64,000 bases of DNA from an uncultured Gemmataceae bacterium (GCA_963750165.1 CAVVPN010000003.1:1856001-1920000), one strand, 5' to 3'; counted from the stretch's first letter, positions 39,088-52,010 are shown. Notes: generated by a model not told the origin, from the letters alone. Program-made: numbers and translations.

Positions 39088-39783
39088 CACTGCTTTCTCC
39101 TACTGGGATGTGAAAGGCCAGACAACGCCGTGGACGAGGAAAGACCTCTCGTCAGGGTATCTTACGGGAGTTCCGTGACCAGGCGAGTGGGGCCTTCGTC
39201 GCTGCCCTCACCGGAATTACACAATCCCCAAACGTAAATCCACTGGTTGTTTACAAGAATTAACCTCCGCGATTGGGTTTTTTTACTTGCATTTCTTCCG
39301 GCAATCGCCATTCTGTCTTAATAACGTGAGACGTTTTGTCTGGGGATGCATCAGCGAGAATGTCGTGACGGCTGGTTCGCCCAAATCCTATCCGGTTGAC
39401 GAACCTTCCTTTTCTACTCTCAAAATCCCCCAGGAAACGCGCCGTGCTGTGATGCAGGAAACGGTAGCGTGTTCGTAACCCGGCCGTGGGCAAGCAAGGG
39501 TTCTTGCGCCCGGCCGAATCTCTGAACTCAGTGTTCGCAACATCCCAGCGCGCGGGGCCACTCAGGGCGGGTGACTCCTCGTGTGGGTACTTTGTTTGCC
39601 GGCGGCCAATCTCAGGCATGGACTGGCCCCTGACCGATCGTTCGTTCGTTAGTAGGTTGCAAGGCCGGAATGGACCGGCACCCGGGCAGCGCGGCCGTGG
39701 CAGCGCAGGCGTTCAGCCTGCGCGCTCACGGTGGCGTTTGCTGTCGCACCCCTGTGGTCCCAAGGGAACTGGAGCGAAAACCG

Positions 39784-42700
39784 ATGCGATTCTCCTCATG
39801 GCTTTCCGCGCGGCGGACGTCTGGCAATGTCCCGAGTCACACCGAGTGGCGGCAGCGGCTGCCCCGGCCGCGCTGGTGGCGGCTGTTCGTCGAGCAGCTG
39901 GAAGACCGGCTGACGCCGTCCACGTTTACCTGGGTCGGCGCGACGGGCGGCGACTGGGACACGCTGGCGAACTGGCAGGTCGGTGGCGTCACCGCCACGG
40001 TGCTCCCGGGCGGCAGTGATACGGCGGACTTCAACAACTTCAGCGGCACCGTCGCGCATGGGGTTTCGGGGCGCCGGACACGGTCAACAACATCGTCAAC
40101 GCCAACCTGGCGACGCTGACCGTGTCCAGCGGTTCGCTCACCGTGAACGCCGCGTCGGCCGTCAAGAATCTCACCGTGTCGGGCGGCACGTTCAACGCGG
40201 CAGGCGCCATCACCGTCAACGCGGCCCTGAACCTGTCCAGCGGCACGCTCGGCGGCGCCGGCACGCTGACCGATAACGGCCAGACGACCTGGTCGGGTGG
40301 CAGCCTGACAGGCACGCTGGCGGTTAACTACGGTCTGTCCATTACAAGTAGCGTGGCTCTTCCCAGTGGCGGCACATTGGCGGTGGCCCCCGGCGTCAGC
40401 GTCCAGCTCGGCGGCGGCCAGACGTTCACCGACGGCGGCACCGTGAGCCTCGCGGCCGGCGACACCTGGACGTTCAACTACGCCTACTCGGCGACGGCGC
40501 AACTGGTGGTCGGCAACACCAACGGCACCGGCGGCCTGCTGACCGCCGCCGGCACCACCTTTAACACCACCAGCCTGGGCGTCAACGGCAGCAGTAGCCA
40601 CATCGAGGTCGTCGCCGGCGGCCACCTCCAGGCCAGCAGCTGCTCCTTCACCCTCGGCTACCTGGAGCTGGACAACGGCAGCGTCCTCGGCGCCGGCGAC
40701 CTGGCCGGCAACGACTACAACAGCCCGCTGTACCTGCCCGCCACCGAGGTGCAGTATTTGTCCGGCACCGGCACCACCCAGTACTTCCAGGCCGTGAACA
40801 TCCTCGGCGGCACCCTCGCCGCCGGCCAGACCCTGGCGCTGAACGCCATCAGCGCCACGCCGGGCAGCCTCACCTACGTCTTCCCCAGCGGCTTCACCGT
40901 CGCCTACGGCGCCACCGTCACGGTGGCGGCCAACGTCAGCGTCCAGCTCGGCGGCGGCCAGTTGTTCACCGACGGCGGCACCCTGACCTTCGCCGCCGGC
41001 GACACGCTGACGTTCAACTACGCCTACTCGGCGACGGCGCAACTGGTGGTCGGCAACACCAACGGCACCGGCGGCCTGCTGACCGCCGCCGGCACCACCT
41101 TTAACACCACCAGCCTGGGCGTCAACGGCAGCAGTAGCCACATCGAGGTCGTCGCCGGCGGCCACCTCCAGGCCAGCAGCTGCTCCTTCACCCTCGGCTA
41201 CCTGGAGCTGGACAACGGCAGCGTCCTCGGCGCCGGCGACCTGGCCGGCAACGACTACAACAGCCCGCTGTACCTGCCCGCCACCGAGGTGCAGTATTTG
41301 TCCGGCACCACCCAATACTTCCAGGCCGTGAACATCCTCGGCGGCACCCTCGCCGCCGGCCAGACCCTGGCGCTGAACGCCATCAGCGCCACGCCGGGCA
41401 GCCTCACCTACGTCTTCCCCAGCGGCTTCACCGTCGCCTACGGCGCCACCGTCACGGTGGCGGCCAACGTCAGCGTCCAGCTCGGCGGCGGCCAGACGTT
41501 CACCGACGGCGGCACCGTGAGCCTCGCGGCCGGCGACACCTGGACGTTCAACTACGCCTACTCGGCGACGGCGCAACTGGTGGTCGGCAACACCAACGGC
41601 ACCGGCGGCCTGCTGACCGCCGCCGGCACCACCTTTAACACCACCAGCCTGGGCGTCAACGGCAGCAGTAGCCACATCGAGGTCGTCGCCGGCGGCCACC
41701 TCCAGGCCAGCAGCTGCTCCTTCACCCTCGGCTACCTGGAGCTGGACAACGGCAGCGTCCTCGGCGCCGGCGACCTGGCCGGCAACGACTACAACAGCCC
41801 GCTGTACCTGCCCGCCACCGAGGTGCAGTATTTGTCCGGCACCACCCAATACTTCCAGGCCGTGAACATCCTCGGCGGCACCCTCGCCGCCGGCCAGACC
41901 CTGGCGCTGAACGCCATCAGCGCCACGCCGGGCAGCCTCACCTACGTCTTCCCCAGCGGCTTCACCGTCGCCTACGGCGCCACCGTCACGGTGGCGGCCA
42001 ACGTCAGCGTCCAGCTCGGCGGCGGCCAGTTGTTCACCGACGGCGGCACCCTGACCTTCGCCGCCGGCGACACGCTGACGTTCAACTACGCCTACTCGGC
42101 GACGGCGCAACTGGTGGTCGGCAACACCAACGGCACCGGCGGCCTGCTGACCGCCGCCGGCACCACCTTTAACACCACCAGCCTGGGCGTCAACGGCAGC
42201 AGTAGCCACATCGAGGTCGTCGCCGGCGGCCACCTCCAGGCCAGCAGCTGCTCCTTCACCCTCGGCTACCTGGAGCTGGACAACGGCAGCGTCCTCGGCG
42301 CCGGCGACCTGGCCGGCAACACCTACAACAGCCCGCTGTACCTGCCGGCCACCGAGGTGCAGTACCTCTCCGGCACCGGCACCACCCAGTACTTCCAGGC
42401 CGTGAACATCCTCGGCGGCACCCTCGCCGCCGGCCAGACCCTGGCGCTGAACGCCATCAGCGCCACGCCGGGCAGCCTCACCTACGTCTTCCCCAGCGGC
42501 TTCACCGTCGCCTACGGCGCCACCGTCACGGTGGCGGCCAACGTCAGCGTCCAGCTCAGCGGCGGCCAGTTGTTCACCGACGGCGGCACCGTGACTTTCT
42601 CCTCCGGCGACACGCTGACCTTCCTGTACGCCTACGGGGCCACGGCGCAGCTGGTGGTCGGCAACGGCAACGGCACCGGCGGCCTCTTGACCGCCGCCGG

Positions 42701-45700
42701 CACCACCTTCAGCACCGCCAGCCTGGGCGTCAACAGCAGCAGCAGCCACATCGAGGTCGTCGCCGGCGGCCGCCTCCAGGCCAGCAGCTGCTCCTTCACC
42801 CTCGGCTACCTGGAGCTGGACAACGGCAGCGTCCTCGGCGCCGGCGACCTGGCCGGCAACACCTACAACAGCCCGCTGTACCTGCCCGCCACCGAGGTGC
42901 AGTATTTGTCCGGCACCGGCACCACCCAGTACTTCCAGGCCGTGAACATCCTCGGCGGCACCCTCGCCGCCGGCCAGACCCTGGCGCTGAACGCCATCAG
43001 CGCCACGCCGGGCAGCCTCACCTACGTCTTCCCCAGCGGCTTCACCGTCGCCTACGGCGCCACCGTCACGGTGGCGGCCAACGTCAGCGTCCAGCTCGGC
43101 GGCGGCCAGACGTTCACCGACGGCGGCACCGTGAGCCTCGCGGCCGGCGACACCTGGACGTTCAACTACGCCTACTCGGCGACGGCGCAACTGGTGGTCG
43201 GCAACACCAACGGCACCGGCGGCCTGCTGACCGCCGCCGGCACCACCTTTAACACCACCAGCCTGGGCGTCAACGGCAGCGGCAGCCAGTTCTCTGTGAA
43301 TTACGGCGGCTACCTGAACGCAACCACCAGTAGCTTTTCATTGTCTAGCCTGAACTTGAACGGCGGCTCAACCGATACTCTTCAAACAGATGCCATCTCA
43401 GGCAACCTCGCGATCAATAGCGGCGCGTCGATCAGCATCACCGGCAACAACTTCAGCAACATCGGCAACAACGGCGTCATCGCCACAGGCGTTTCCACCG
43501 CCACGATCAATCTGCCCAACAACTATTGGGGCACCACAATCGTCGCGAACATTCTGGCCAAACTCCTGGACCATCACCAGGACTCCACCCGCCCAACCGT
43601 GAACTACGGCAACTACCTGACCGCAGCGCCCGCCGCCATCACGGGCCAGGTGTTCAACGACCTCAACGGCAACGGGATCCAGGACAACGGCGAGCCGGCC
43701 CTCGGCGGCGTGCTCGTTTACATTGACGCCAACAATAACGGCGTCTTCGACAGCGGCGAAACGAGCACGGTGTCTCAGCCCAACGGCCAATACGCCTTTT
43801 ACGGCCTGGCTCCAGGCACCTACGTCGTCCGCGAAGTCGCGCCGCTGTCGAACATCCAGACCGCGCCGACGGCCAGCGCCGCGACGACGACGGTTTACTT
43901 CGACGGCACCGGCGCGGAAGTGGGCATCACCACCGCCGGCACCACCAGCTTCATCTTCAACGGCGCCAGTTTCAGCGGCGGCGCCGTCTTCTCCCCGGGT
44001 CAGGCGGCCCTGCTCGCCTCGGGCACCCAGGCGTACAACGCCAGCAGCGGCAATGCCGCCGTCTCGTTCCTGTACCCCATCGCCTCCGTGTCGTTCTTCT
44101 ACGTCCACGGGTCCGGCTTCGCGGCCGGCACCGCCACCGCCTACGGCGCCGACGGCAGCGTCCTCGGCACGGTCAACAGCAAGGCGGCCACCACGAACAA
44201 CGACCCGGCTAACTTCGTGACCCTCGGCGGCTTCGCCCAGCCGATCGCGCGTGTCGCCTTCTCCGCCGGCGTCATCGACAACTTCACCTTCACCACCGCG
44301 GCGAACAACCAGGGCTACTACGTCCAGGTGCAGGCCGGTCAGACAATCCCCAACATCAACTTCGGGGACATGCACGGCAGCGCCTTCCAGGTGGGCTCCG
44401 CCACGCTCTCGGGCAACGCCGTCCAGCTGGTCTTCAGCGAACCCATCGACCCCAATACCACCCAGCTCTACTACAGCCCCGGCGCCACGGCGGTCACGCC
44501 CGACGTCAGCCTCATTGGCCCCGGCGGCAGCGTCAAGGGCTCGCTGGTCCTCGACGCCACCAACCCCAATGTCGCCACCTTCGTCGCCACCGCCGGCCCC
44601 CTCGCCGCCGGCAGTTACCTCGTCGGCGTCACCACCGCTGTCCAGGCCGTCGGCGGCGCCACCCTCGCCGCCAACTTCAGCCACGCCCTCACCGCGGCGA
44701 CACCCATGCCGGTGGTCACGGCCGCCAACTTCGCCCGCGGCCCTGGCGAGACCGTCAACGTGCCCAACACCAGCACCGGACTGCCCATCACGGTCAACGG
44801 CCTCACCGCCGCCGTCCAGTCCATCTCCTTCACCCTGACCTATGACCCGACGATTCTCACCGTGACGGCGGCCGCCCTCTCGTCCGACGCCGCCACCAAT
44901 GGCAACCTCGTCCTCAACCCGATCACCTTCACCAGCATTGACGCCCACCACATGCAGATCGCGTTCACTGTCGTCGGCGGCACGGGCGGCGGCCACTGGA
45001 ACCCCAGCGGCGGCGCCGGCACACTCTTGACCCTGACCGCCACCGTCCCCAGCAACGCCCCTTACACCCAGAAAGCCCTGCTCGCCACGCAAAGCGTCCT
45101 CATCAACGGCACGGCGGCCCAGGGCGATGACGCCGTGGACATCAACGCCTATCCCGGCGATGTCCACGCCGACGGGCAATACACCGGCCTGGACGCCACT
45201 CTGATCTCCCGGGTCGTCACCGGCCAGGGCACCGGCTTCAGCCCCTTCAAGGATCTTGACCCCTGGATCATCGGCAGCGTCACGGGCAGCTCCACCCTCA
45301 CCGTCACCGGCCTGGACGCCACCGACGTTTCCAAGGCCGTCGTCGGCTCCTACCCCGGCGCCATCCCGCAGCTGCCCACCGGCATCACCATCACCGGCCC
45401 GACCGGCCCCGACCCGCGTCTCTACCTCGCCGCCGCCAGCGGCAGCGCCGGCCAAACGGTCACCGTGCAAGAGCGGCTCGACGTGACGGCGCAATCGGGC
45501 GCCGAGATCGACGCCATCGATTCGGTCATCGAGTACGACCCCAGCAAGTTCACCGTCGCCAATCTCCGCGCTGGCTCCCTGCTGCCGGGCTATCTCGTGG
45601 TCAGCAACATCGACGCCGTGCAGGGCGTCATCCGCGTCACCGAGTTCTCCCCCAGCCCGGTGCAGGCCGCGTTCGGCACCGACGGCGCCGTGCTGCTCCT

Positions 45701-46253
45701 GGACTTCACCGTCAAGGCCGCCGCCACGCCCGGCCCGTCGCCACTGGTGCTCGCCGCCAACGACGGCGGCACCGCCACGGCGGCCTACAACGCCGCCGGC
45801 GCGCTGACCCTCAGTCCGGCCCCGCGGAATCCGAACCAGCTGCCCATCAGCGGCGGCACCGTGACGCCCTTCGTCGCCGACGTGGACAGCTACTTCACCG
45901 TCAGCGGCCCCGTCGGCGCGCCCAGCAGCAAGCCGACCCCGACCGCGGTCACCGGCGACAAGAGCCCGGTCACACTCAGTCCAGTGCTCGTCCCGGGGGT
46001 GAGCGCCGTCCCACCGGTCCCGCCGCCGTACAACACTCTGCCCGCGGCCACGGGCGTCTCGACCGGCACAGTGGGAACCCTCATCCCGCTGAGCGCCACC
46101 GACGAATTCTGGCGGCGCTACGGCGACCCGGGCGCGCCCGGCCTGAGCGATGACGTGGCCGCCGCCGAGAACCTCGCCCCAGTTGAGGCGGAGTCTCTGG
46201 GGTCCGCGGACCAGGTGTGGACGCTGGCGCAGAATGTGTTGAAGGCGACTTGA
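39784..46253 (+). CDS. Very large extracellular/surface protein (~2150 aa): Planctomycete extracellular motif, beta-helix-like repeats, SdrD-B-like, cohesin/dockerin-like modules; frameshift near 40065
   Basis: RLFVEQLEDRLTPSTFTW N-terminal motif. ITGQVFNDLNGNGIQDNGEP (SdrD-B-like). FTLTYDPTIL and VIEYDPSKF (cohesin-like). GDVHADGQYTGLDATLI / TGLDATDV (dockerin-like). Confidence 0.8.
40395..43280 (+). repeat. Intragenic tandem repeat, 534/540-bp units (5 full + 1 partial)
   Basis: GTCAGCGTCCAGCTC recurs at 40395, 40935, 41469, 42003, 42543 and 43083 with near-identical intervening sequence. Confidence 0.95.
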
Positions 46254-46293
46254 CCTGCTGCGACAGGCATGCGTCGCCACCGGGGGCTGACCG

Positions 46294-48876
46294 TCATGGC
46301 ACGTCGCTGTGGGGAAGGACTTCCCCACAGCGACGTAGCACAGCCTGCGCCTGCACCGTCAGCCACACCCCCGGCGCCCCGTCGGCCAGCGCCCGCAGCA
46401 GCCGCCGCGCCCCGGCGTCCTGCATCCGCTCCAGCGCCTCCAGGGCGCGCACCGTTTGCAGACGCCCGCCCGACAGGTTGGTGCCGTCGAAGGGCTCCAG
46501 CAGCGGCGCGACACGGCGGCGGACTTCCAGCGGGGGGCTGCCCGCCAGGAGCGCACGCAGGACTGGCTCAGCGGCGGAGCCCAGCTTGCGCAGGTCGTCC
46601 GCCGCCTTCTGCCGCTCGGTGAATTTCGCACTCCCCAGCGCCGCGCGGTACTGCGCAACCACTTCCGCTTTGGCCGGCTGCACCGGCCGCAGGCGCTCTG
46701 TGAGGAAGGGCACTGCCTGCGCCGGCGCGGCGGCCAACTTCCAGGTCGCCGCATATGCCTTGGCCGCGTCGTCCCCGGCGAGGACGGCCCACAGGCCCTT
46801 GAGTTGTGCGGCCGTCAGCGGCGCGGCGGGCAGCTTTGGAGGAGGAGGCACCGGCCAGACCAGGGCGGTCGAGTCCCAGCTCAGCGACGCCAGGGTCTTG
46901 CCGTCCCCGGCGAACGCCAGCGCATGCACCGCGCCGCGGTGGCCGTCCAGGCGGCCCACCTCCTTTTGCGCCGCCAGATCCCACAGGGTCACGCTGCCGT
47001 CCTGGGGCATGTGGTCCTGGTGCCGGTACTCCTCCGCGTCCGGGCCGGTCATGAACGCCTGAAACCGACTACTGCCGCCGCCGGTGGCCAGGGTGCGGCC
47101 GTCGGCGGCGAACGCCAGCGCCGAGACAGACTTCTGCTTGCCGCGCAGCCGGTAGCGCAGGCCGCCGGTAGCCACCTCCCAGACGCAGATGTTGCCGTCA
47201 TCATTGCCGGCGGCCAGGCTGCGGCCGTCGGGCGAGAAGGTCAGGCCGAAGGTCGGCGTGTGCTTGAAGCCGGCGCAGACGCGGAGATTCCTGCCCGTCG
47301 CCGTCTCCCAGATCTCGACGTTCTGGCTCCCCCCTGCCGGGCCGTAGACCGCGACAGCCAGCAGTCGGCCGTCCGGGGACAGGGCCAGGGCGCCGAAGTG
47401 CCGGCCCAGCCCAGCCCCACCTTCGAGAACCCGGAGTTCCTTGCTGGCAGCCAGGTCCCAGACGTGGACGGCTCCGTCGTATATCTCGAACACAAGGGTG
47501 CGCCCGTCCCGCGACACCGCCGCGCGGCGGAGCGGGAACGGCTGGTCGCCGAGCGGCACCAGTTCCTTGCCCGTGACCGCGTCCAGCACCTGCGACCGCT
47601 TCACGTTGTCGAGCACCACCAGCCGCTTGCCGTCCGGCGACAGCTGCATGGTGGCGTTCTCCGAGAAGCGCACCGGCGCCGTGAGAGTGACGCGGCCTGT
47701 CACGGCGTCGTGCAGTCGCACCGTGCCGTCCAGGTTGCACACCGCCAGTCGCTTGCCGTCCCGCGACAGATCCACGGCCTGGGCCATCCCCGACGCTCCC
47801 AGCAGCGGCAGCAGGTCGTTGCCCGTGGCGACGGAGCGCAGGCGGATGGCGCAATCCCACCCCGCCGACGCCAGCGTCTGGCCGTCGGGCGACAGGGCGA
47901 CAGCGTAGGTGCCACCGTCGAAGTTGAACCGGCGGACGACGCGGCCGGTGGCCGCGTCCAGAACCTGGGGCGGCACGGGCGGGAAATTGGACCCGAAGTT
48001 CGGGCACACCGCCAGCCGCGTGCCGTCGGCGCTGAAGGCCACGCCGATGCCGTGGACTTCCTTGTCCGCGCAGGGCGACCTTGCCCGTGGCCGCATCCCA
48101 GAGGTGGACGGGCAGCAGTGCCGTGCCGGAGACCGAACGGGGTTCGCCGTGCGCCGAGGCCAGCCGTTTGCCGTCCGGGGAAAACGCCAGGCCGTGGACC
48201 GGCTCGGCCGGCGTCGTCCGCAGCGCTTTCAGCTTCTTGCCGGTGTCCACGTCCCACAGGCACAGCACCTGGTTCCTGCCGCCGGAGGCGAGCGTCTTGC
48301 CGTCCGGGCTGAACGCCACCGCGAGGACGCTCAGCTTGTCGGCGAATTGGCGCAGTTCCTTGCCGGTGGCCGCGTCCCACAGGCGCACCTTGCCGTCCTT
48401 GCCGCCCGAGGCGACGCGCTTGCCGTCTGGCGAAAACGCGACGCAGTACACCGGCGCCTTGTGATCGTCCCGGCTCCACAGTTGCTTGCCGGTGGCGGCC
48501 TCCCACAGGCGCACGGTCTGGTCGCGGCCGGCGGTGACGACGTGCTGGCCGTCGGGGGACAGGGCGAGGGCGAACACGGCGTCGGTGTGGCCCTCCAGGC
48601 GGTGTAGCAATTTGCCGGTGGCGGCGTCCCACAGACAGATCGTCCGGTCATGGCTGGCGGAGGCGAGCACCTTGCCGTCGCGTGAGTACGCCAGGGCGGT
48701 GACGGGGCCGGCGTGCCGCAGCCGCGTGGTGCCGACGCGCGCAGCGCCCCCGGCGGCAGCGCGTCGCCGTGGACATCGGTGCGCGGCTGCTGGGCCGCGG
48801 CAGGCCCCGATAGCGCGACCGCCAGCGGCACGAGCCACACCGACAACCAAACTTGCCAACGGGCATCGACCTTCAT
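46294..48876 (-). CDS. Secreted WD40-repeat (beta-propeller) protein, paralog 2; frameshifts near 48745 and 48075
   Basis: MKVDARWQVWLSVWL...DVHGDALPPGA, multiple AFSPDGK..ASGG..LWD repeats and HEAT-like tail RLQTVRALEALE. ATGA overlap with the upstream paralog. Confidence 0.8.
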
Positions 48877-51450
48877 GGCATGTCCTCCTTTGGAAGTCCT
48901 TCCCCGCAGCGCTGCAGCGCGGCCTGCGCCTGCACCGTCAGCCACACCACCGGCGCCCCGTCGGCCAGCGTCCGCAGCAACCGCCGCGCCTCGGCGTCGC
49001 CGATGCGTTCCAGCAATTCCAGTGCTCGCAGGGTGCGCAGCCGCTCCCGGGGGTTGGCGTGCTCCAGAAGTGCGAGCAGGGCCTCCACACGGCGGCGAAC
49101 CTCCAGCGGCGGTTGGGCCGCGAGCAGCGGACGCAAGATGGCCGCGCCCGCCGGCCCCAGGCGGCGGAGGTCGTCGGTCGCCTGCTGCCGCACCTGATAC
49201 TTGCCGCTCGCCAGCGCCTGCCGGTAGCGCCGCGACCTCAGCGGCCTTCACCGGCGCCACGGGCCGGAGGTGCTTGCGCAGCAGCGGGAGGGCCTGTTTG
49301 GGCACGGCGGCCAGTTTCCACAGCGCCGCATATGCTTTGGCCGCGTCGTCCCCGGCGAGGACGGCCCACAAGTCCTTCAGCCGCGCCGGGGTCAGAGGGG
49401 CAACCGCCGCGGTCGGCGGCGCGGGAACGGCCCAGACCACGGCGGTGCCGTCTCCGCTCTGCGATGCCAGCGTCCGGCCGTCGGCCGCGAACGCCAGCGC
49501 TTGCACCGCCTGACGGTGATCGTGCAACCGACCGAGCAACCGTTGCCCCGCCAGGTCCCACAGGACAATGCCGCCTTCCTCGGGCCAGGTGGGCCGGTGA
49601 CGGTCCTCTTCCCCAATCGGATCAAACAAGAAACTGCCGTACCCACTGCCCACGGCCAGGGTGCGGCCGTCCTCGGAAAGGGCCAACACACTCGCGAAGG
49701 GTTGCTCCGCCGGCAGCCGGCAGCGCAGGCCGCCGGTCGCTGCCTCCAGGACGCAGACGCCGCCGCCGTCGTCGGCCGCGACGAGGCTGCGGCCGTCTGG
49801 GCTGAAGGTCAGGCTGAGTCTGTATCTCGGGATGGTGCCGAAGGGAATGTTCACGACGCGCAGCCGTTTCCCCGTACCTGTCTCCCACAGTTCCAGGGGC
49901 GGATCCTTGAAGAAGGTCGCGCTCAGCCGTTGACTGGTGATGGCCAGCACGGAACCGTCTGGGGACAGGGCCATGGCCGAGTTGAACAAATAATCGTCCC
50001 ATAGCGGATCAATTTCCCGGACCTTCTTGCCGCGGACCACGTCCCACACCTGGAACGTCCGGTCCTTCATCGCCAGCACCAGGGTGCGGCCGTCCCGGGA
50101 CAGGGCCCAGCGTGGTACGTCCCGCCGCGGTTCGCCGAGGGCCAGCCATTCCTTGCCCGTCACCCAGTCCGTCACCCGCCTCTGCTGCCTGGACCCACTT
50201 ACAACGACCCGCGGACTGTCCGCCGAAAACCGGGGCAGGAACAGGTCCGGGAAGTTCCGTGTCAGAGCGTGGGAGGCGCCGGTAACGGTGTCGTGCAACC
50301 GGACGGCGCCGGCCTCATTGGCGCTGGCCAGCCACCGGCCGTTGCGCGCCAGGGCCATCCGGGCGACCGTGGCGGCGGACAGGGACGGCAGACGGTCCTT
50401 GCCCGTGGCGACCGCCCACAAGCGAATCCCGCCCGAACGTCCCGCCGCGGCCGCCGTCTGTCCGTCCGGCGCCAGGGCAACAGCGTAGGTGCCGGCGCCG
50501 ATGCCGAACTGGTGCGCGACCCGGCCGGTATCGGCGTCCAGGATGCGGAGCTGGCCATCCTCGGTGTTCGGGCAGACCGCCAGGCGCTTGCCGTCCCGGC
50601 TGAAGGCGACCTCGATGCCGGCGCTGTCCCGGTCCGCCCGCACGGCGAGCTTGCCCGTGGCCGCGTCCCACAGGTGGACGGCGGCCGCGCCGTGCGCCGC
50701 GGCGAGCCGCTTGCCGTCCGGCGACCAGGCCAGGCCGTGGACCGCCGCGGCCGGCGTGCTCCGCAACTCCCGGAGCTTCTTGCCGGTCTTCACGTCCCAG
50801 AGCCGAACGGCGTTGTTCTGGCCGCCGGTGGCCAGCGTCTTGCCGTCCGGGGAAAACGCCACCGCGAAGACCCGGGCATTCGGCACCGCGACGGCTCCCA
50901 TGACTACTACGCCCGTGCCGTCCGCGGGGTCGGTGTAATGGTCCCGTTGCTTGCCGGTGGCCGCGTCCCATAGCCGCACCTTCGCGTCCAGGCCGCCCGA
51001 GGCGATGGTGGCACTGTCGGGCGAGAAGGCGACGCAGTACGCCGGCCCGTTGTGGCCCTCCCCACACCACAGCAGTTTGCCATTGGCAGTGTCCCACAAC
51101 CACACGCTCCCGTCGCTCTCGGCGGTGGCGACGCGCTTGCCGTCCGGGGACAGGGCGAGGGCGAACACAGCATGCCTGTGGCCCTCCAGGCGGCGCAGCA
51201 ACTTGCCGGTGGCCGCGTCCCAGAAACAGATCGTCCGGTCGTGGCTGGCGGAGGCGATGACCTTGCCGTCGCGCGTGAACGCCAGACTGCTGACGGGGCC
51301 TGCGTGCCGCAGTCGCGTGCTGCCGATGCGTGCCAGCGCCCCGGGCGGCAGCGGGTCGCCGTGGACATCGACACGCAGTTTGTCCTGGCCCGCGGCCATC
51401 CCCGGGACGAGCAACAGCACCAACCAGAACCCTCGGAGTGCGACGTGCAT
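48873..51450 (-). CDS. Secreted WD40-repeat (beta-propeller) protein, paralog 1; frameshift near 49220
   Basis: Signal MHVALRGFWLVLLLVPGMAAG, DVHGDPLPPGALARIGSTRLRH, WD40 repeats and tail RLRTLRALELLERIG. Confidence 0.85.
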
Positions 51451-51545
51451 GAGATCCCTCCGTGTCAATTGCCTCGATGCATTGGCCCCATGTTACCCGA
51501 TGTGGTCCGGTGATCGCCAGTGACGTGGCAACCTCGACGGGCGGT

Positions 51546-51719
51546 TCACTTTTGCAGGATGAGTTTGTTGCGCCGGGTGATCCGCAGCCGGTAGCGCACG
51601 CCGGCGTGCTCGATCCAAACTTCGCGCGCGCCGCGAAAGATTTTCCGGGCGTCGATGACCGGGGGCGAGGCCGGTCGGGGCCGCGGGCCCGGTTCCTGAC
51701 GGTCGTCGGTTTCGGCCAT
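51546..51719 (-). CDS. hemP: Hemin uptake protein HemP
   Basis: 57 aa. IDARKIFRGAREVWIEHAGVRYRLRITRRNKLILQK matches the HemP/HmuP signature. Confidence 0.85.
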   Translation of the reverse strand: MAETDDRQEPGPRPRPASPPVIDARKIFRGAREVWIEHAGVRYRLRITRRNKLILQK

Positions 51720-51801
51720 GACACCCCCCCTTGATCGATGGGCACGACACACCGGTTGTTCTAGAGCGGTTCACGCACGGTTTGCACACGAGTGGGCGGC
51801 G

Positions 51802-52010
51802 GGCACGGGCTGACCACCAGCGGCCTGCATTGCCACAGCAAGGGGGCCAAGGAGGCCAAGGGGGCCAACTTTTTCGCACGTCGAGAATTGGCGCCCTTGC
51901 CCCGCACGGCTGGCACGGCGCGACCACCACTGGCGGCGGTTGCCACAGCAAGAACGCCAAGGACGCCAAGAACGCCAACTTTTTCACACGTCGAGATTCG
52001 CCGCCTGGCA
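51802..52010. repeat. 110-bp imperfect tandem duplication upstream of hemP
   Basis: TGCCACAGCAAG-(GCCAA x3 at 9-bp spacing)-CTTTTTC.CACGTCGAGA at 51831 and 51941. Confidence 0.85.

Noticed and set aside
39837..46328. Very long minus-strand ORFs (1117 aa and 976 aa)
   Set aside because: Antisense shadows of the GC3-rich surface-protein gene. Their repeats mirror the sense repeats and they show no protein motifs.
48331..51468. 1045-aa WD40 ORF running into the next gene
   Set aside because: Product of a frameshift near 49220. The proper tail and the ATGA overlap are present in another frame.
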